Shown piece by piece: positions 10,161 through 22,300 of a DNA stretch of 64,000 bases (position 1 is the first letter of the stretch; every line of letters begins with the position of its first letter). This DNA is from Nemertoderma westbladi. Its lineage: Eukaryota; Animalia; Xenacoelomorpha. The stretch covers positions 1 through 64,000 of the forward strand of contig JAUCBJ010006528.1 in the NCBI GenBank assembly GCA_032718475.1, written 5' to 3'. Position numbers and translations under genes: made by a program. The notes under the pieces were generated by a model that was not told the origin of the DNA, searched no databases, and worked only from the letters and a program-made list of their open reading frames with translations.

Positions 10161-10310
10161 CTTTGTGAAATCTCCACTTATAGGGTTCATGTTGTTGGGG
10201 ATACATGTAATAACTCCCGTTTCCATGGCAAAGTAAGGCCAAATTATCGCCAACTTTCCGGATCATGTCGACAACACCATCAATGTTTTGTTCTAAATCC
10301 GATGGGTTTC
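10161..10310 (-). CDS. Exon of Ig gene: N-terminal half of Ig domain 1 (frame not in the ORF track)
   Basis: Acceptor TATTTTGTAG|GA, donor AAG|GTTGGT, 150 bp, phase 1-1. Encodes NPSDLEQNIDGVVDMIRKVGDNLALLCHGNGSYYMYPQQHEPYKWRFHK (G.x.L.L.C and W motifs) and joins in frame to 6743. Confidence 0.8.
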
Positions 10311-10370
10311 CTACAAAATAGTTAATTTATGTTCGTAAAGTAGCGCTTTACGGCATTCTGTTCAAATAAA

Positions 10371-13300
10371 GTGAGTGCAAATAAAGCCTCGAAGTGGGTG
10401 TGAGCGGATTCAATTCCGCCTCACTATCCCCATAAAGTTGGGAAGTGGCACCTTTTCAGCAATATTGGGGATACGAGGTTAATCACAATTAATCTCGTAT
10501 CACCCCCAATAACGGGGACAACACACATCCCCGAAGGCCACACAAAAGAGGTTAGTGGTCAAGCTACCTCGAGAGGGAAAGTAACAGCAGCGGGGGGGGG
10601 GGGGGGGGGGGGGGGGAAGCACTCCCACAGAGGTGGGAGCCGAGAATTAGGTTGTTAGCCAATGAGGGGCGAGGGAGAGCATCCGCTAGGTAGTAAGGCC
10701 ACAGTAGCGTAGGGGTGAATATATATTACCAGTTAATTACATTACCGTTCAGTTATCTCAGTCACACAGTGGGGACCAGTGACATTTCGTACCGTCACCA
10801 TTACTACCGGTATAATATATCATCAGTTATCTGTACATTCCTTGTTCAACTGTGCTATCACATTTATATCAGTTATTTTATATTTGCGTTAACATATGAC
10901 AATATCACAACGACAACCACAAACTATCTTCTTCTCAATTACACGGTGACGCGTAACGAAATAAACCGGTCGGGATCCCCTGATCCCGTCACAGTGGGGG
11001 CAGTGTAAAGTATCTGTGTGAGTGCAAATAAAGCCTCGAAGTGGGGGCAGTGTAAAGTGTCTGTGTGAGTGCAAATAAAGCCTCGAAGTGGGGGCAGTGT
11101 AAAGTATCTGTGTGAGTGCAAATAAAGCCTCGAAGTGGGGGCAGTGTAAAGTATCTGTGTGAGTGCAAATAAAGTCTCGAAGTGGGGGCAGTGTAAAGTA
11201 TCTGTGTGAGTGCAAATAAAGCCTCGAAGTTTGGGCAGTGTAAAACATCTGTGTGAGTGCAAATAAAGCCTCGAAGTGGGGGCAGTGTAAAGTATCTGTG
11301 TGAGTGTAAATAAAGCCTCGAAGTGGGGAAAGGGAAAGTATCTGTGTGAGTGCAAATAAAGCCTCGAAGTGGGGGCAGTGTAAAGTATCTGTGTGAGTGC
11401 AAATAAAGCCTCGAAGTGGGGGCAGTGTAAAGTATCTGTGTGAGTGTAAATAAAGCCTCGAAGTGGGGGCAGTGTAAAGTATCTGTGTGAGTGTAAATAA
11501 AGCCTCGAAGTGGGGAAAGGGAAAGTATCTGTGTGAGTGTAAATAAAGCGTCGAAGTGGGGAAAGGGAAAGTATCTCTGTGAGTGCAAATAAAGCCTCGA
11601 AGTGGGGGCAGTGTAAAGTATCTGTGTGAGTGCAAATAAAGCCTCGAAGTGGGGAAAGGGAAAGTATCTGTGTGAGTGCAAATAAAGCCTCGAAGTGGGG
11701 GCAGTGTAAAGTATCTGTGTGAGTGCAAATAAAGCCTCGAAGTGGGGAAAGGGAAAGTATCTGTGTGAGTGTAAATAAAGCCTCGAAGTGGGGGCAGTGT
11801 AAAGTATCTGTGTGAGTGCAAATAAAGCCTCGAAGTGGGGAAAGGGAAAGTATCTGTGTGAGTGCAAATAAAGCCTCGAAGTGGGGGCAGTGTAAAGTAT
11901 CTGTGTGAGTGCAAATAAAGCCTCGAAGTGGGGAAAGGGAAAGTATCTGTGTGAGTGCAAATAAAGCCTCGAAGTGGGGGCAGTGTAAAGTATCTGTGTG
12001 AGTGCAAATAAAGTCTCGAAGTGGGGCAGTGTAAAGTATCTGTGTGAGTGCAAATAAAGCCTCGAAGTGGGGAAAGGGAAAGTATCTGTGTGAGTGCAAA
12101 TAAAGCCTCGAAGTGGGGAAAGGGAAAGTATCTGTGTGAGTGCAAATAAAGCCACGAAGTGGGGGCAGTGTAAAGTATCTGTGTGAGTGCAAATAAAGCC
12201 TCGAAGTGGGGAAAGGGAAAGTATCTGTGTGAGTGTAAATAAAGCCTTGAAGTGGGGCAGTGTAAAGTATCTGTGTGAGTGCAAATAAAGCCTCGAAGTG
12301 GGGGCAGTGTAAAGTATCTGTGTGAGTGTAAATAAAGCCTCGAAGTGGGGGCAGTGTAAAGTATCTGTGTGAGTGTAAATAAAGCCTCGAAGTGGGGGCA
12401 GTGTAAAGTGTCTGTGTGAGTGTAAATAAAGCCTCGAAGTGGGGAAAGGGAAAGTATCTGTGTGAGTGCAAATAAAGCCTCGAAGTGGGGGCAGTGTAAA
12501 GTATCTGTGTGAGTGCAAATAAAGCCTCGAAGTGGGGAAAGGGAAAGTATCTGTGTGAGTGCAAATAAAGCCTCGAAGTGGGGAAAGGGAAAGTATCTGT
12601 GTGAGTGCAAATAAAGCCTCGAAGTGGGGGCAGTGTAAAGTATCTGTGTGAGTGCAAATAAAGCCTCGAAGTGGGGAAAGGGAAAGTATCTGTGTGAGTG
12701 CAAATAAAGCCTCGAAGTGGGGGCAGTGTAAAGTATCTGTGTGAGTGCAAATAAAGCCTCGAAGTGGGGAAAGGGAAAGTATCTGTGTGAGTGCAAATAA
12801 AGCCTCGAAGTGGGGGCAGTGTAAAGTATCTGTGTGAGTGCAAATAAAGCCTCGAAGTGGGGAAAGGGAAAGTATCTGTGTGAGTGCAAATAAAGCCTCG
12901 AAGTGGGGAAAGGGAAAGTATCTGTGTGAGTGCAAATAAAGCCTCGAAGTGGGGAAAGGGAAAGTATCTGTGTGAGTGTAAATAAAGCCTTGAAGTGGGG
13001 CAGTGTAAAGTATCTGTGTGAGTGCAAATAAAGCCTCGAAGTGGGGGCAGTGTAAAGTATCTGTGTGAGTGTAAATAAAGCCTCGAAGTGGGGGCAGTGT
13101 AAAGTATCTGTGTGAGTGTAAATAAAGCCTCGAAGTGGGGGCAGTGTAAAGTGTCTGTGTGAGTGTAAATAAAGCCTCGAAGTGGGGAAAGGGAAAGTAT
13201 CTGTGTGAGTGCAAATAAAGCCTCGAAGTGGGTTCAGTGTAAAGTATCTGTGTGAGTGCAAATAAAGCCTCGAAGTGGGGGCAGTGTAAAGTATCTGTGT

Positions 13301-16300
13301 GAGTGTAAATAAAGCCTCGAAGTGGGTTCAGTGTAAAGTATCTGTGTGAGTGCAAATAAAGCCTCGAAGTGGGGGCAGTGTAAAGTATCTGTGTGAGTGT
13401 AAATAAAGCCTCGAAGTGGGGGCAGTGTAAAGTATCTGTGTGAGTGTAAATAAAGCCTCGAAGTGGGGGCAGTGTAAAGTATCTGTGTGAGTGCAAATAA
13501 AGCCTCGAGGGTTGGGCAGTGTAAAGTATCTGTGTGAGTGTAAATAAAGCCTCGAAGTGGGGAAAGGGAAAGTATCTGTGTGAGTGCAAATAAAGCCTCG
13601 AAGTGGGTTCAGTGTAAAGTATCTGTGTGAGTGCAAATAAAGCCTCGAAGTGGGGGCAGTGTAAAGTATCTGTGTGAGTGTAAATAAAGCCTCGAAGTGG
13701 GGAAAGGGAAAGTATCTGTGTGAGTGCAAATAAAGCCTCGAAGTGGGTTCAGTGTAAAGTATCTGTGTGAGTGCAAATAAAGCCTCGAAGTGGGGGCAGT
13801 GTAAAGTATCTGTGTGAGTGGAAATAAAGCCTCGAAGTGGGTTCAGTGTAAAGTATCTGTGTGAGTGCAAATAAAGCCTCGAAGTGGGGGCAGTGTAAAG
13901 TATCTGTGTGAGTGTAAATAAAGCCTCGAAGTGGGGGCAGTGTAAAGTATCTGTGTGAGTGTAAATAAAGCGTTGCCGTGAGTACAGTGTAAAGTATCTG
14001 TGTGAGTGTAAATAAAGCCTCGAAGTGGGTTCAGTGTAAAGTATCTGTGTGAGTGCAAATAAAGCCTCGAAGTGGGGGCAGTGTAAAGTATCTGTGTGAG
14101 TGTAAATAAAGCCTCGAAGTGGGGGCAGTGTAAAGTATCTGTGTGAGTGCAAATAAAACCTCGAAGTGGGTTCAGTGTAAAGTATCTGTGTGAGTGTAAA
14201 TAAAGCGTTGCCGTGAGTACAGTGTAAAGTATCTGTGTGAGTGCAAATAAATCCTCGAAGTGGGGGCAGTGTAAAGTATCTGTGTGAGTGCAAATAAAGC
14301 CTCGAAGTGGGGGCAGTGTAAAGTATCTGTGTGAGTGCAAATAAAGTCTCGAAGTGGGGGCAGTGTAAAGTATCTGTGTGAGTGCAAATAAAGCCTCGAA
14401 GTGGGGGCAGTGTAAAGTATCTGTGTGAGTGTAAATAAAGCCTCGAAGTTTGGGCAGTGTAAAGTATCTGTGTGAGTGCAAATAAAGCCTCGAAGTGGGG
14501 GCAGTGTAAAGTATCTGTGTGAGTGCAAATAAAGCCTCGAAGTGGGGGCAGTGTAAAGTATCTGTGTGAGTGCAAATAAAGTCTCGAAGTGGGGGCAGTG
14601 TAAAGTATCTGTGTGAGTGCAAATAAAGCCTCGAAGTGGGGGCAGTGTAAAGTATCTGTGTGAGTGTAAATAAAGCCTCGAAGTTTGGGCAGTGTAAAGT
14701 ATCTGTGTGAGTGCAAATAAAGCCTCGAAGTGGGGGCAGTGTAAAGTATCTGTGTGAGTGTAAATAAAGCCTCGAAGTTTGGGCAGTGTAAAGTATCTGT
14801 GTGAGTGCAAATAAAGCCTCGAAGTGGGGGCAGTGTAAAGTATCTGTGTGAGTGCAAATAAAGCCTCGAAGTGGGGGCAGTGTAAAGTATCTGTGTGAGT
14901 GCAAATAAAGCCTCGAAGTGGGGGCAGTGTAAAGTATCTGTGTGAGTGCAAATAAAGCCTCGAAGTGGGGAAAGGGAAAGTATCTGTGTGAGTGCAAATA
15001 AAGCCTCGAAGTTTGGGCAGTGTAAAGTATCTGTGTGAGTGCAAATAAAGCCTCGAAGTGGGGGCAGTGTAAAGTATCTGTGTGAGTGTAAATAAAGCGT
15101 TGCCGTGAGTACAGTGTAAAGTATCTGTGTGAGTGTAAATAAAGCCTCGAAGTTTGGGCAGTGTAAAGTATCTGTGTGAGTGCAAATAAAGCCTCGAAGT
15201 GGGGGCAGTGTAAAGTATCTGTGTGAGTGCAAATAAAGCCTCGAAGTGGGGGCAGTGTAAAGTATCTGTGTGAGTGCAAATAAAGCCTCGAAGTGGGGGC
15301 AGTGTAAAGTATCTGTGTGAGTGCAAATAAAGCCTCGAAGTGGGGGCAGTGTAAAGTATCTGTGTGAGTGTAAATAAAGCCTCGAAGTGGGGGCAGTGTA
15401 AAGTATCTGTGTGAGTGTAAATAAAGCGTTGCCGTGAGTACAGTGTAAAGTATCTGTGTGAGTGTAAATAAAGCCTCGAAGTTTGGGCAGTGTAAAGTAT
15501 CTGTGTGAGTGCAAATAAAGCCTCGAAGTGGGGGCAGTGTAAAGTATCTGTGTGAGTGCAAATAAAGCCTCGAAGTGGGGGCAGTGTAAAGTATCTGTGT
15601 GAGTGCAAATAAAGCCTCGAAGTGGGGGCAGTGTAAAGTATCTGTGTGAGTGCAAATAAAGCGTTGCCGTGAGTACAGTGTAAAGTATCTGTGTGAGTGC
15701 AAATAAAGCCTCGAAGTGGGGGCAGTGTAAAGTATCTGTGTGAGTGCAAATAAAGCCTCGAAGTGGGGGCAGTGTAAAGTATCTGTGTGAGTGCAAATAA
15801 AGCCTCGAAGTGGGGGCAGTGTAAAGTATCTGTGTGAGTGCAAATAAAGCGTTGCCGTGAGTACAGTGTAAAGTATCTGTGTGAGTGTAAATAAAGCCTC
15901 GAAGTTTGGGCAGTGTAAAGTATCTGTGTGAGTGCAAATAAAGCCTCGAAGTGGGGGCAGTGTAAAGTATCTGTGTGAGTGCAAATAAAGCCTCGAAGTG
16001 GGGGCAGTGTAAAGTATCTGTGTGAGTGCAAATAAAGCCTCGAAGTGGGGGCAGTGTAAAGTATCTGTGTGAGTGCAAATAAAGCCTCGAAGTGGGGGCA
16101 GTGTAAAGTATCTGTGTGAGTGCAAATAAAGCCTCGAAGTGGGGGCAGTGTAAAGTATCTGTGTGAGTGTAAATAAAGCGTTGCCGTGAGTACAGTGTAA
16201 AGTATCTGTGTGAGTGTAAATAAAGCGTTGCCGTGAGTACAGTGTAAAGTATCTGTGTGAGTGCAAATAAAGCCTCGAAGTGGGGGCAGTGTAAAGTATC

Positions 16301-19300
16301 TGTGTGAGTGTAAATAAAGCCTCGAAGTTTGGGCAGTGTAAAGTATCTGTGTGAGTGCAAATAAAGTCTCGAAGTGGGGGCAGTGTAAAGTATCTGTGTG
16401 AGTGTAAATAAAGCCTCGAAGTTTGGGCAGTGTAAAACATCTGTGTGAGTGCAAATAAAGCCTCGAAGTGGGGGCAGTGTAAAGTATCTGTGTGAGTGCA
16501 AATAAAGCCTCGAAGTGGGGGCAGAGTAAAGTATCTGTGTGAGTGCAAATAAAGCCTCGAAGTTTGGGCAGTGTAAAGTATCTGTGTGAGTGTAAATAAA
16601 GCCTCGAAGTGGGGGCAGTGTAAAGTATCTGTGTGAGTGTAAATAAAGCCTCGAAGTGGGGGCAATGTAAAGTATCTGTGTGAGTGTAAATAAAGCGTTG
16701 CCGTGAGTACAGTGTAAAGTATCTGTGTGAGTGCAAATAAAGCGTTGCCGTGAGTACAGTGTAAAGTATCTGTGTGAGTGCAAATAAAGCCTCGAAGTGG
16801 GGGCAGAGTAAAGTATCTGTGTGAGTGCAAATAAAGCCTCGAAGTGGGGGCAGTGTAAAGTATCTGTGTGAGTGCAAATAAAGCCTCGAAGTGGGGGCAG
16901 TGTAAAGTATCTGTGTGAGTGCAAATAAAGCCTCGAAGTGGGGGCAGTGTAAAGTATCTGTGTGAGTGTAAATAAAGCCTCGAAGTGGGGGCAGTGTAAA
17001 GTATCTGTGTGAGTGCAAATAAAGCCTCGAAGTGGGGGCAGTGTAAAGTATCTGTGTGAGTGCAAATAAAGCCTCGAAGTGGGGGCAGTGTAAAGTATCT
17101 GTGTGAGTGTAAATAAAGCCTCGAAGTTTGGGCAGTGTAAAACATCTGTGTGAGTGTAAATAAAGCGTTGCCGTGAGTACAGTGTAAAGTATCTGTGTGA
17201 GTGCAAATAAAGCCTCGAAGTGGGTTCGTGTAAAGTATCTGTGTGAGTGCAAATAAAGCCTCGAAGTGGGGGCAGTGTAAAGTATCTGTGTGAGTGCAAA
17301 TAAAGCCTCGAAGTGGGGGCAGTGTAAAGTATCTGTGTGAGTGTAAATAAAGCGTTGCCGTGAGTACAGTGTAAAGTATCTGTGTGAGTGCAAATAAAGC
17401 CTCGAAGTGGGGGCAGTGTAAAGTATCTGTGTGAGTGTAAATAAAGCCTCGAAGTTTGGGCAGTGTAAAACATCTGTGTGAGTGTAAATAAAGCGTTGCC
17501 GTGAGTACAGTGTAAAGTATCTGTGTGAGTGCAAATAAAGCCTCGAAGTGGGGGCAGTGTAAAGTATCTGTGTGAGTGCAAATAAAGTCTCGAAGTGGGG
17601 GCAGTGTAAAGTATCTGTGTGAGTGTAAATAAAGCCTCGAAGTTTGGGCAGTGTAAAACATCTGTGTGAGTGCAAATAAAGCCTCGAAGTGGGGGCAGTG
17701 TAAAGTATCTGTGTGAGTGTAAATAAAGCCTCGAAGTTTGGGCAGTGTAAAACATCTGTGTGAGTGCAAATAAAGCCTCGAAGTTTGGGCAGTGTAAAGT
17801 ATCTGTGTGAGTGCAAATAAAGCCTCGAAGTTTGGGCAGTGTAAAGTATCTGTGTGAGTGTAAATAAAGCCTCGAAGTGGGGGCAGTGTAAAGTATCTGT
17901 GTGAGTGTAAATAAAGCCTCGAAGTTTGGGCAGTGTAAAGTATCTGTGTGAGTGTAAATAAAGCCTCGAAGTGGGGGCAGTGTAAAGTATCTGTGTGAGT
18001 GTAAATAAAGCCTCGAAGTGGGGGCAGTGTAAAGTATCTGTGTGAGTGCAAATAAAGTCTCGAAGTGGGGGCAGTGTAAAGTATCTGTGTGAGTGTAAAT
18101 AAAGCCTCGAAGTTTGGGCAGTGTAAAACATCTGTGTGAGTGCAAATAAAGCCTCGAAGTTTGGGCAGTGTAAAGTATCTGTGTGAGTGCAAATAAAGCC
18201 TCGAAGTGGGGGCAGAGTAAAGTATCTGTGTGAGTGCAAATAAAGCCTCGAAGTGGGGGCAGTGTAAAGTATCTGTGTGAGTGTAAATAAAGCCTCGAAG
18301 TGGGGGCAGTGTAAAGTATCTGTGTGAGTGCAAATAAAGCCTCGAAGTGGGGGCAGTGTAAAGTATCTGTGTGAGTGTAAATAAAGCCTCGAAGTTTGGG
18401 CAGTGTAAAGTATCTGTGTGAGTGTAAATAAAGCCTCGAAGTGGGGGCAGTGTAAAGTATCTGTGTGAGTGTAAATAAAGCCTCGAAGTGGGGGCAATGT
18501 AAAGTATCTGTGTGAGTGTAAATAAAGCGTTGCCGTGAGTACAGTGTAAAGTATCTGTGTGAGTGTAAATAAAGCCTCGAAGTTGGGGCAGTGTAAAGTA
18601 TCTGTGTGAGTGCAAATAAAGCCTCGAAGTTTGGGCAGTGTAAAGTATCTGTGTGAGTGTAAATAAAGCCTCGAAGTGGGGGCAGTGTAAAGTATCTGTG
18701 TGAGTGTAAATAAAGCGTTGCCGTGAGTACAGTGTAAAGTATCTGTGTGAGTGTAAATAAAGCCTCGAAGTTGGGGCAGTGTAAAGTATCTGTGTGAGTG
18801 CAAATAAAGCCTCGAAGTTTGGGCAGTGTAAAGTATCTGTGTGAGTGCAAATAAAGCCTCGAAGTTTGGGCAGTGTAAAGTATCTGTGTGAGTGCAAATA
18901 AAGCCTCGAAGTGGGTTCAGTGTAAAGTATCTGTGTGAGTGTAAATAAAGCCTCGAAGTGGGGGCAGAGTAAAGTATCTGTGTGAGTGCAAATAAAGCCT
19001 CGAAGTTTGGGCAGTGTAAAGTATCTGTGTGAGTGTAAATAAAGCCTCGAAGTGGGGGCAGTGTAAAGTATCTGTGTGAGTGTAAATAAAGCCTCGAAGT
19101 GGGGGCAATGTAAAGTATCTGTGTGAGTGTAAATAAAGCGTTGCCGTGAGTACAGTGTAAAGTATCTGTGTGAGTGCAAATAAAGCCTCGAAGTTGGGGC
19201 AGTGTAAAGTATCTGTGTGAGTGCAAATAAAGCCTCGAAGTGGGGGCAGAGTAAAGTATCTGTGTGAGTGCAAATAAAGCCTCGAAGTTTGGGCAGTGTA

Positions 19301-22300
19301 AAACATCTGTGTGAGTGTAAATAAAGCGTTGCCGTGAGTACAGTGTAAAGTATCTGTGTGAGTGTAAATAAAGCCTCGAAGTGGGTTCAGTGTAAAGTAT
19401 CTGTGTGAGTGTAAATAAAGCCTCGAAGTGGGGGCAGTGTAAAGTATCTGTGTGAGTGCAAATAAAGCCTCGAAGTGGGGGCAGTGTAAAGTATCTGTGT
19501 GAGTGCAAATAAAGCCTCGAAGTGGGGGCAGTGTAAAGTATCTGTGTGAGTGTAAATAAAGCCTCGAAGTGGGGGCAGTGTAAAGTATCTGTGTGAGTGC
19601 AAATAAAGCCTCGAAGTGGGGGCAGTGTAAAGTATCTGTGTGAGTGCAAATAAAGCCTCGAAGTGGGGGCAGTGTAAAGTATCTGTGTGAGTGTAAATAA
19701 AGCCTCGAAGTTTGGGCAGTGTAAAGTATCTGTGTGAGTGCAAATAAAGCCTCGAAGTGGGGGCAGTGTAAAACATCTGTGTGAGTGTAAATAAAGCGTT
19801 GCCGTGAGTACAGTGTAAAGTATCTGTGTGAGTGCAAATAAAGCCTCGAAGTGGGGGCAGTGTAAAGTATCTGTGTGAGTGCAAATAAAGCCTCGAAGTG
19901 GGGGCAGAGTAAAGTATCTGTGTGAGTGCAAATAAAGCCTCGAAGTTTGGGCCGTGTAAAGTATCTGTGTGAGTGTAAATAAAGCCTCGAAGTTTGGGCA
20001 GTGTAAAACATCTGTGTGAGTGCAAATAAAGCCTCGAAGTGGGGGCAGTGTAAAGTATCTGTGTGAGTGTAAATAAAGCCTCGAAGTTTGGGCAGTGTAA
20101 AACATCTGTGTGAGTGTAAATAAAGCGTTGCCGTGAGTACAGTGTAAAGTATCTGTGTGAGTGCAAATAAAGCCTCGAAGTGGGGGCAGTGTAAAGTATC
20201 TGTGTGAGTGTAAATAAAGCCTCGAAGTTTGGGCAGTGTAAAACATCTGTGTGAGTGCAAATAAAGCCTCGAAGTGGGGGCAGTGTAAAGTATCTGTGTG
20301 AGTGTAAATAAAGCCTCGAAGTTTGGGCAGTGTAAAACATCTGTGTGAGTGCAAATAAAGCCTCGAAGTGGGGGCAGTGTAAAGTATCTGTGTGAGTGCA
20401 AATAAAGCCTCGAAGTGGGGGCAGAGTAAAGTATCTGTGTGAGTGCAAATAAAGCCTCGAAGTTTGGGCAGTGTAAAGTATCTGTGTGAGTGTAAATAAA
20501 GCGTTGCCGTGAGTACAGTGTAAAGTATCTGTGTGAGTGCAAATAAAGCCTCGAAGTGGGGGCAGAGTAAAGTATCTGTGTGAGTGCAAATAAAGCCTCG
20601 AAGTTTGGGCAGTGTAAAGTATCTGTGTGAGTGCAAATAAAGCCTCGAAGTGGGGGCAGTGTAAAGTATCTGTGTGAGTGCAAATAAAGCCTCGAAGTTT
20701 GGGCAGTGTAAAACATCTGTGTGAGTGCAAATAAAGCCTCGAAGTGGGGGCAGTGTAAAGTATCTGTGTGAGTGCAAATAAAGCCTCGAAGTTTGGGCAG
20801 TGTAAAACATCTGTGTGAGTGCAAATAAAGCCTCGAAGTGGGGGCAGTGTAAAGTATCTGTGTGAGTGTAAATAAAGCCTCGAAGTGGGGGCAGTGTAAA
20901 GTATCTGTGTGAGTGCAAATAAAGCCTCGAAGTGGGGGCAGAGTAAAGTATCTGTGTGAGTGCAAATAAAGCCTCGAAGTTTGGGCAGTGTAAAACATCT
21001 GTGTGAGTGCAAATAAAGCCTCGAAGTGGGGGCAGTGTAAAGTATCTGTGTGAGTGTAAATAAAGCCTCGAAGTGGGGGCAGTGTAAAGTATCTGTGTGA
21101 GTGCAAATAAAGCCTCGAAGTGGGGGCAGTGTAAAGTATCTGTGTGAGTGCAAATAAAGCCTCGAAGTTTGGGCAGTGTAAAACATCTGTGTGAGTGCAA
21201 ATAAAGCCTCGAAGTGGGGGCAGTGTAAAGTATCTGTGTGAGTGCAAATAAAGCCTCGAAGTGGGGGCAGTGTAAAGTATCTGTGTGAGTGTAAATAAAG
21301 TCTCGAAGTGAGGGCAGTGTAAAGTATCTGTGTGAGTGCAAATAAAGCCTCGAGGGTTGGGCAGTGTAAAGTATCTGTGTGAGTGCAAATAAAGCCTCGA
21401 AGTGGGGGCAGTGTAAAGTATCTGTGTGAGTGCAAATAAAGCCTCGAAGTGGGGGCAGTGTAAAGTATCTGTGTGAGTGTAAATAAAGCGTTGTCGTGAG
21501 TACAGTGTAAAGTATCTGTGTGAGTGCAAATAAAGCCTCGAAGTTTGGGCAGTGTAAAACATCTGTGTGAGTGCAAATAAAGCCTCGAAGTGGGGGCAGT
21601 GTAAAGTATCTGTGTGAGTGCAAATAAAGCCTCGAAGTGGGTTCGTGTAAAGTATCTGTGTGAGTGCAAATAAAGCCTCGAAGTTTGGGCAGTGTAAAAC
21701 ATCTGTGTGAGTGCAAATAAAGCCTCGAAGTGGGGGCAGTGTAAAGTATCTGTGTGAGTGCAAATAAAGCCTCGAAGTGGGGGCAGTGTAAAGTATCTGT
21801 GTGAGTGCAAATAAAGTCTCGAAGTGGGGGCAGAGTAAAGTATCTCTGTGAGTGCAAATAAAGCCTCGAAGTGGGGGCAGTGTAAAGTATCTGTGTGAGT
21901 GCAAATAAAGTCTCGAAGTGGGGGCAGTGTAAAGTATCTGTGTGAGTGTAAATATAATAAAGCCTCGAAGTTGGGACAGTGTAAAGTATCTGTGTGAGTG
22001 CAAATAAAGCCTCGAAGTGGGGGCAGTGTAAAGTATCTGTGTGAGTGCAAATAAAGCCTCGAAGTGGGGGCAGTGTAAAGTATCTGTGTGAGTGCAAATA
22101 AAGCCTCGAAGTGGGGGCAGTGTAAAGTATCTGTGTGAGTGTAAATAAAGCCTCGAAGTGGGGAAAGGGAAAGTATCTGTGTGAGTGCAAATAAAGTCTC
22201 GAAGTGGGGAAAGGGAAAGTATCTGTGTGAGTGCAAATAAAGTCTCGAAGTGGGGGCAGTGTAAAGTATCTGTGTGAGTGTAAATATAATAAAGCCTCGA

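Noticed and set aside
10053-10253. 66-aa ORF from the track
   Set aside because: Wrong frame; the overlapping frame bounded by splice sites encodes the Ig half-domain.
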